Shown: positions 58,226-64,000 of the stretch, piece after piece | How positions within the stretch are numbered: position 1 is the first letter of the stretch | Layout: the number at the start of each line of letters is the position of its first letter | Assembly (NCBI GenBank): GCA_039024555.1 | Contig: JBCCQQ010000020.1 | Span: forward strand, 1 to 64,000 | Length of the DNA stretch: 64,000 bases | Source of the DNA: Cyanobacteria bacterium P01_D01_bin.156 | Lineage (GTDB): Bacteria; Cyanobacteriota; Cyanobacteriia; Phormidesmidales; Phormidesmidaceae | Direction: 5' to 3' | Program-made: the position numbers and the translations under genes | Notes under the pieces: model-generated | The model's database searches: none | What the model saw: the letters and a program-made list of their open reading frames with translations, nothing else | Told to the model about the DNA's origin: nothing

Positions 58226-59881
58226 ATGAAAGCGCTATCTACCTATCGAACGTATCTTCGCTGGTTAATTTGGCCCGGTTTAGCGTTAATCACCGCAGGT
58301 CTAGTATCTGGATTTCTCAACGCTTGGACGGCTCTACCCATCTCTCTCCTAGCGGCAGGTGTGGTTTGCACCTTGCTCAGTCTAATTCTGGGAGGCTTTG
58401 GGTATCGAAGCTTTTGGCAAAGTCGCTCCACCCAGGCAGGCACCAACGCGGTAGTCGCCACCCTATCTGTCCTGATGATTCTTGGGGCGGCAAACTTTTT
58501 AGCCGTTGAGTACGGCCCTCGATTTGACTTAACCGAGGCGGGTCTGTTTACCCTAGCCCCTGAGACCCAGTCAGTGGTCAAAAATCTCAACCAGCCGGTC
58601 AATGTGGTGGTGTTTGATGCGTCTCTTAATCCCAATGACCAACAGCTTTTAGACAGCTATGGCAAGTTTAGTAACAACTTTACCTACGAGCACATCAATC
58701 CGTTTCAGGAACCAGGTATTGCGCGGGAGTTTAACGTCAGTGGAGAAGGTCGTGAAGTCCACCTAGAAACCGGTGACACCAAACTATTTGTTCAAACCTT
58801 GGGGGTACAGGGTGTGAACGAGCAGGATTTGACTAATAAGCTGGCCCAGCTCGGTCGGGAACGCAGCGCCGTTGTTTACTTCCTGCAAGGCCATGATGAG
58901 TTTGCCATTGATGGTAGCACCTCCGGCTATGCCCAGGCCGCTGCTGCCCTAGAAGCTGATGGATTTATCGTCGAGACCTTACGGTTTGATGAAACAGCCA
59001 CGGTTCCAGACAATGCCAACGCCGTGGTGATTGCGGGACCTAAGCAAGCCTTCTTTGAACCGGAGGTGGACGCTCTAGAAGATTATCTAAACCAGGGCGG
59101 CAGCGTTTTACTGATGGTGGACCCTCAAACAGAGCCTGAACTAGAGGGCCTGTTAGACAACTGGGGCGTCACCCTAGATGAACGCCTGATTGTGGATGCT
59201 TCTAATACAGGGCAGTTGGTGGGGTTAGGTCCGGCAGCACCGCTGGTAACCAACTATGGCGAGCATCCCATCAGTGCAGAGTTTAATAACGGTCGGTCGT
59301 TTTATCCGTTGGCTCGACCGGTGCTGATCGACCCGATTGAGGGTGTAGAAGCAACGCCCCTGTTACTCAGCAATGCCCAAAGCTATGCCGAGGAGCTATC
59401 TGAAACGGGAGAACTTAACGTTAATACTGAAGATGGACCGGAAGGACCGTTTAATATCGGTGTTGTTCTCACCAAGGATATTACAGATTCTGCTGTTGAA
59501 ATAACAGATTCGACAACAGAAGACTTATCTGATGAAGATACTAATGAGGAAGACTCTTCTGAAACCAGTGAAGCGACTGATGATGATACAGAAGATGCCG
59601 ATGGGCTTCAGCAAGAGGCCCGTCTAGTCATCATTGGTAACGCAACATTTGCTACGGATGGTCTGTTTGGTCAACAATTAAATGGGGATGTATTCCTCAA
59701 CAGTGTTACTTGGCTCAGCAACTTGGATGATTCTATTTTGTCGATTCGAGCCAAAGAGATTACCAATCGTCGCATTAACATGACCATCTCTCGTCAGATT
59801 TTGGTCATTGTTTTAGCACTGGTGGTCTTGCCGCTGATCGGGCTGATTGGTGCAGGGGTAACTTGGTTCCGTCGTCGTTAG
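58226..59881 (+). CDS. GldG-like ABC auxiliary component
   Basis: RFDLTEAGLFTL, YFLQGHDE and NGDVFLNSVTWL motifs. Confidence 0.85.
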   Translation: MKALSTYRTYLRWLIWPGLALITAGLVSGFLNAWTALPISLLAAGVVCTLLSLILGGFGYRSFWQSRSTQAGTNAVVATLSVLMILGAANFLAVEYGPRFDLTEAGLFTLAPETQSVVKNLNQPVNVVVFDASLNPNDQQLLDSYGKFSNNFTYEHINPFQEPGIAREFNVSGEGREVHLETGDTKLFVQTLGVQGVNEQDLTNKLAQLGRERSAVVYFLQGHDEFAIDGSTSGYAQAAAALEADGFIVETLRFDETATVPDNANAVVIAGPKQAFFEPEVDALEDYLNQGGSVLLMVDPQTEPELEGLLDNWGVTLDERLIVDASNTGQLVGLGPAAPLVTNYGEHPISAEFNNGRSFYPLARPVLIDPIEGVEATPLLLSNAQSYAEELSETGELNVNTEDGPEGPFNIGVVLTKDITDSAVEITDSTTEDLSDEDTNEEDSSETSEATDDDTEDADGLQQEARLVIIGNATFATDGLFGQQLNGDVFLNSVTWLSNLDDSILSIRAKEITNRRINMTISRQILVIVLALVVLPLIGLIGAGVTWFRRR

Positions 59882-59894
59882 GGGAGCATAGACT

Positions 59895-60506
59895 ATGAGA
59901 CTACAGCGGAGTACTGGGGTATTGTTGGGAGTTGCGATCGCACTCGTTGCCACCGTTGCCATCATCGAAACAACTAAGCAAAACCGTCCAGAAAAGGGCG
60001 ACACGCTTTATTCATTTACGGAGGCGGATGTGGATGCGTTTACCATCAACCGTACAGACACAACCCTCTCGTTTGAAAAAACAGATGATACCTGGCAAAT
60101 GCTAGAACCTGAGGATGCACCTGCGGATCCCTCATCCATTGCCTTTTTGCTTAATATCATCACCACAGACCCCATTAAGGAAACGATTGTAGCTAGTGCA
60201 GAGCAGCTAGATGAGTATGGACTAGGCGATCCTAGGGCTACGGTTGATATATCTGTGGCGGATGAAAACTATACTCTGGCGTTAGGAGATGAGGACTTTA
60301 GCGGCACGTCATTGTATGTAATGACAACTGAAGCTACGGCGGAGTCTGAGTCTGGGGAACTGTATTTGATGCCTAAGGCACTACAGTCTGGGATTGGTCG
60401 TCGAATAGATGAGTGGATTGCCTCTGAAGACAGTGAAGAAACAGAGGGTAATGTAACTGAGGAATCATCAGAATCTGACACGCCTGCCAACAATGAGGAC
60501 GAGTAA
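59895..60506 (+). CDS. DUF4340 domain protein
   Basis: N-terminal TM; WQMLEP and LDEYGL motifs; operon position. Confidence 0.75.
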   Translation: MRLQRSTGVLLGVAIALVATVAIIETTKQNRPEKGDTLYSFTEADVDAFTINRTDTTLSFEKTDDTWQMLEPEDAPADPSSIAFLLNIITTDPIKETIVASAEQLDEYGLGDPRATVDISVADENYTLALGDEDFSGTSLYVMTTEATAESESGELYLMPKALQSGIGRRIDEWIASEDSEETEGNVTEESSESDTPANNEDE

Positions 60507-60557
60507 CTATTGTCTAACTGAGGCAAGCCTGTATTGAAGCTTGCATAGGATGAATTA

Positions 60558-60962
60558 TTAGACTTGCCGCCAGTTTTCAGTCTGCATATCAGAGATCCGG
60601 CCAAATTCCCTTTGGTTTGCCGTCACCATAGTCAGACCGTGACATAAAGCAGTAGCTGCAATCAGAATGTCATAGGCTCCGATGGGCTGTCCTTGTTTTT
60701 TCAAGGTTGAACGAATTTGAGCAGCTTGTTCAGCGTCTGCGTCGCTAAATTCCAATATTGATATCGAGTTTAGCAAACTGGTAATGGCTGGCTCAATTTT
60801 CTTAGCTCGTTGGGGGTTGTTGAGCAGGCCATAGCGAAGTTCCATTACGGTGATCACCGAAACGGCAATATCTGCAGGAGATGTTTGTTTGAGTCGAGTT
60901 TGAGTACCTGGTTCACCTTTGATAAAGTCACTGATAACGCAGGTATCGAGCAGATATTGCAT
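60558..60962 (-). CDS. vapC: VapC-type PIN domain toxin
   Basis: YLLDTCVIS, MELRYG, IGAYDILIAATAL and TANQREF motifs. Confidence 0.9.
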   Translation of the reverse strand: MQYLLDTCVISDFIKGEPGTQTRLKQTSPADIAVSVITVMELRYGLLNNPQRAKKIEPAITSLLNSISILEFSDADAEQAAQIRSTLKKQGQPIGAYDILIAATALCHGLTMVTANQREFGRISDMQTENWRQV

Positions 60963-61198
60963 CAGAATAGGTCTGGTTCGCTTGGGGGCAAAAGTTCATC
61001 ACGGTAGCTTTCGAAAGCTGGGAATTCAGGAATACCTTGATATGAAAGGATTGTGTCTGGCCATTGAGGAATCGATGGCTTTTGGGAGATTTGCCGCAGT
61101 ACTTGCAGAATCAATGTGGGCAGTGGAATATTCGATTGTTCTGCTTGGCGCATAAGGTCTTGTTCTAAATCTGGGGGTAAGTCAATTGTGATTTGCAT
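60962..61198 (-). CDS. Putative antitoxin coupled to vapC
   Basis: 78 aa, MQITIDLPPDLEQDL; its stop overlaps the vapC start. Confidence 0.75.
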   Translation of the reverse strand: MQITIDLPPDLEQDLMRQAEQSNIPLPTLILQVLRQISQKPSIPQWPDTILSYQGIPEFPAFESYRDELLPPSEPDLF

Positions 61199-61219
61199 TG
61201 GTACTCTCCATTGATTTGA

Positions 61220-64000
61220 TTATCTCAACGCTGTATTCAAAACAAACGAACGAACGTTGATGGCACTTGAGGTCAAGTCTTTAGCCTGCTGCTCAAAGTA
61301 GTGTTTTGCCTCACCGAGGTCCATTTTGGGCATATCTTTATGCCTTGAGTCTTCAGCATCCCATTGTGGACAAGCAAACCAGCCAACCAGATACAAACCA
61401 TGGCTGTAGGCGTTATCTGCTAGATATCGCTCAACTAATTGAGTTTTCATCGCCGTTTTGACTTCACGGTGCCAGCAGCCTTTGACTTCAATAATCGCTG
61501 TGATTGAGTCATATATCTTGCCATTAGGATGCTTTACTATTGCATCAACGTGGATATCTGTACGTGCTCCAGTGTTTTTCCCATAACTTCGCTTCACCTC
61601 AACTTCTCGGTTGATGATAATGCCCCGTGCCTTTAGATCCTCATCCAGAAATTGCTTGATATAGTCTGACAAGTCGTTTTCATCGACTGGTCTAAAAAGA
61701 TTGCTTTCAGATTTATCCCAAGACTTATCCCATAAAGCTCTAGTAGCGGGAGTCTCTCCTTGCAACTTTTCATCAAGACGTTGCAGGGATTCAATTAATA
61801 CATCAACTAACTGATTCTCATTTTGAACAAGTCGTTTATTTTGATCAGCAATTATTTGTAAAAGTTGTTGTGGTATTAAAGGCTGCCAGGTCTTACGTCG
61901 AGCAAGAGCCTCAGCTTCAGCTAACCTCCATTGGAGCTTTTCTTTTTGCTCAGGAAGCTCATTGATAATTCTCTGAAGTGCCTGACATGCTTCTACGGTA
62001 CCCAACTGCTGAAGCTGTGCTGGAATACGCTCCTTCCACATACTCAAACTATTTTCTGGTGTGATTAACCAATCTGTCGAGTTTCGGACTGTTCCCTTGA
62101 CATTAACCTGTTCTTGAGGCGGTGGATCAGGAAATTGCCTGACCATGAATATATAGAGTTCAGCAATGTGATTTTCGCTAAGGCGTTGTTCCAGAGTGTC
62201 TTCAAGTCTCAGAGGGAAAGACACTGATTCAAGTATTTCCCTTCCGATGTCTGGATACGTTTGGATAAGTTGCCATACTGTAGGCCAAGTGGCATCACCT
62301 GTATATGTTATTAATGCTTGTGCTGCAGTTATAGCCTTTTCCTTACTTCCATTATCGTCATTCAAACTATGAGTGAGTAATGATTCTGCAAAGGAAACAG
62401 CTCCATCAGATTGATACTCCAATAATATTGCCAATAAATCTTTCAAGCTTCTGGAAGTCAGCTCTGTATTGTTCAACTTACAAAGCAAGGTAGCTTCTAA
62501 CTTCTCATCCCAGCAATATTTCAGTTCCTTTATATTGGTGATATTCCCATTTTCTTTATTTGCTTTTTCAATCAAGTGGAAAAATATCCTAATGAATTCA
62601 TTAGATGCGTATTGATACGTCTTTTTGATGAGTTCTTGCCTAGCTTTTCTATTTCTATCTAAAGGATAAGCAAGAATAATTCCTACCCATTTCGCCCAAA
62701 TATGAGAAGAGATATTAGAGAAAAAGTCAGCATCTTTTTCTAAAATTAACCGCAGTGCTTTGTAACTGCTTAATGCAGGATCTGGAAAAATATTTTTGCC
62801 TAACCAAACATTTGTCTCAGGGTCTCCATTATATATATAGTGCTTAGCTGCAGCGATTATTCTAAACCTTGTTGCTTCATCAGCCTCATTCCATCCTGGT
62901 TGCTCGGTCAAAGATGCTCTCCATGTTTGTCCATAAACTGTGTTAGGTAACAACGTGATTGCTCTGCACAAAAGCCACCAGCCATCTAAATTCCCTGCCT
63001 CAAATCTTTCTAGAGATTGAAGAACCCTAGCCTTAGGTGAAGGCTCTAATATGACCTGACTCTCTTGATTAGTTTCGTACTGCGTTCTCTTCAGGTATTG
63101 TTCCTTTTGCTCTTTAGCTATTTCAGAATCCAGTGCAATGGGGTCTATCCAGTGAGAGAGCACATCACGTAAAACTGGCACATCATCGCATGCAAGTATT
63201 ACATTATCAACTTGCTCAACATTATTCATATCTAAATAGTAGGCTATTAATCTTGAATATATTTTTTGTGCTCCCTCATGAATATTTGTTTTAAGCTTTT
63301 CTATCAGCCAGCTAAAGTCTTTAGGCAGAAGATAAAACTGACTCCAGTTATTCCGACTACATAGCCACAACGGATCTTGTTCTGAGTCTTGAATGATTAA
63401 GACAATGCTTTCTAAAAGCAGACGACGTTTATCATCATTTCCTTCAATGCATTTCTTCCAGGTTTCTTCGTCATAATCATCTACTATCCCGATATATTGT
63501 TTCATCCTCGGCACAATCATCTGAGCAAAGCTCGTCCTAACATCTAAATCTGTTAGGTTTTCCCATGCTCTAAAAATCAACTGACTGATTAAATGAGTAA
63601 ACGGATGATAGTTGTAGTCATGAATCACTTCCTGTCTGGCAAACCACCTGAGAGTGAATGCTAGGTCCTTTTTCGGGAGGCGTTCTGTAAAATCATGTGC
63701 TAAAAAGTCTTGATAGGACTCTCCAAAATAGTTGGCTTTAGGTGGTGTCAAATGAACCAGAATTTCTTCTGTTTTTAGATATTTAGGGTACGTTGCTTTT
63801 AAGCCATATCCCTTCAAATGATCTTCTGGGTCATCCTGCTCGTGAATGACTAACTTAGCTAGGTGCTTGTGAGCCAAATCATTATCGGTATTAACTACAA
63901 ATTTTGCAGCTCTTTCTCTAATTTGATAGGGTTGATTTTCATCTAAAGCGATCTTTGCCAGGTCTGACGCAATAGTCACCAAGTTACATTCTTCTGCTAT
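61220..64000 (-). CDS. C-terminal >920 aa of a large helical-repeat protein with a C-terminal PD-(D/E)xK-like domain (possibly NACHT/STAND-associated)
   Basis: Frame is open to the window edge; C-terminus DENDLSD...REVE...RTDIHVD...IIEVKGCW. Confidence 0.65.
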   Translation of the reverse strand: MAEECNLVTIASDLAKIALDENQPYQIRERAAKFVVNTDNDLAHKHLAKLVIHEQDDPEDHLKGYGLKATYPKYLKTEEILVHLTPPKANYFGESYQDFLAHDFTERLPKKDLAFTLRWFARQEVIHDYNYHPFTHLISQLIFRAWENLTDLDVRTSFAQMIVPRMKQYIGIVDDYDEETWKKCIEGNDDKRRLLLESIVLIIQDSEQDPLWLCSRNNWSQFYLLPKDFSWLIEKLKTNIHEGAQKIYSRLIAYYLDMNNVEQVDNVILACDDVPVLRDVLSHWIDPIALDSEIAKEQKEQYLKRTQYETNQESQVILEPSPKARVLQSLERFEAGNLDGWWLLCRAITLLPNTVYGQTWRASLTEQPGWNEADEATRFRIIAAAKHYIYNGDPETNVWLGKNIFPDPALSSYKALRLILEKDADFFSNISSHIWAKWVGIILAYPLDRNRKARQELIKKTYQYASNEFIRIFFHLIEKANKENGNITNIKELKYCWDEKLEATLLCKLNNTELTSRSLKDLLAILLEYQSDGAVSFAESLLTHSLNDDNGSKEKAITAAQALITYTGDATWPTVWQLIQTYPDIGREILESVSFPLRLEDTLEQRLSENHIAELYIFMVRQFPDPPPQEQVNVKGTVRNSTDWLITPENSLSMWKERIPAQLQQLGTVEACQALQRIINELPEQKEKLQWRLAEAEALARRKTWQPLIPQQLLQIIADQNKRLVQNENQLVDVLIESLQRLDEKLQGETPATRALWDKSWDKSESNLFRPVDENDLSDYIKQFLDEDLKARGIIINREVEVKRSYGKNTGARTDIHVDAIVKHPNGKIYDSITAIIEVKGCWHREVKTAMKTQLVERYLADNAYSHGLYLVGWFACPQWDAEDSRHKDMPKMDLGEAKHYFEQQAKDLTSSAINVRSFVLNTALR

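Noticed and set aside
56253..60506. Gliding-motility function for the Gld-like ABC operon
   Set aside because: This ABC family is widespread outside Bacteroidetes and the sequence gives no evidence for a motility role
1..64000. Integron integrase, prophage, tRNA or rRNA genes
   Set aside because: No tyrosine-recombinase R-H-R-Y motifs, phage structural genes or RNA-gene signatures were seen

Overview
Chromosomal window from a cyanobacterium: the HIP1 octamer GCGATCGC is frequent, and Uma2, DUF697, fraH and dgdA-type genes are present. It is probably a filamentous Leptolyngbyaceae-like strain (inference). (1) 1-12.5 kb is an accessory region carrying what looks like an integrase-less, dispersed integron-type system on the minus strand. 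It has four attC-like hairpins (4154-4237, 9122-9211, 9772-9858, 11508-11596) bounding AT-rich genes, including an ApeA-like HEPN protein and a histidine phosphatase. It also has three copies of a repeat element made of 41-42-bp-phased dyads; two end in an attI-like simple site (ATCTAAT-N4/5-GTTAG), and one of these heads a GNAT gene. A TetR-regulated operon, a vWA operon and several pseudogenes are interleaved. (2) 12.6-16.8 kb holds core genes. (3) 17.3-37.4 kb has a G8/CBM6/RTX protein and a GH9 hydrolase next to a Wzx/Wzy-type exopolysaccharide cluster with a sulfotransferase, plus IS remnants. (4) 38-60.5 kb is mostly conserved core: ABC exporter, FHA genes, pgl, recO, dgdA, TIGR04282/04283-like glycosyltransferases, dynamin-like GTPase and a Gld-like ABC operon. 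(5) 60.5-64 kb is the edge of another accessory island with vapBC and a large truncated gene with a C-terminal nuclease-like domain. No rRNA, tRNA, CRISPR array or integrase gene was seen. All calls are by eye from motifs; no database searches were run.
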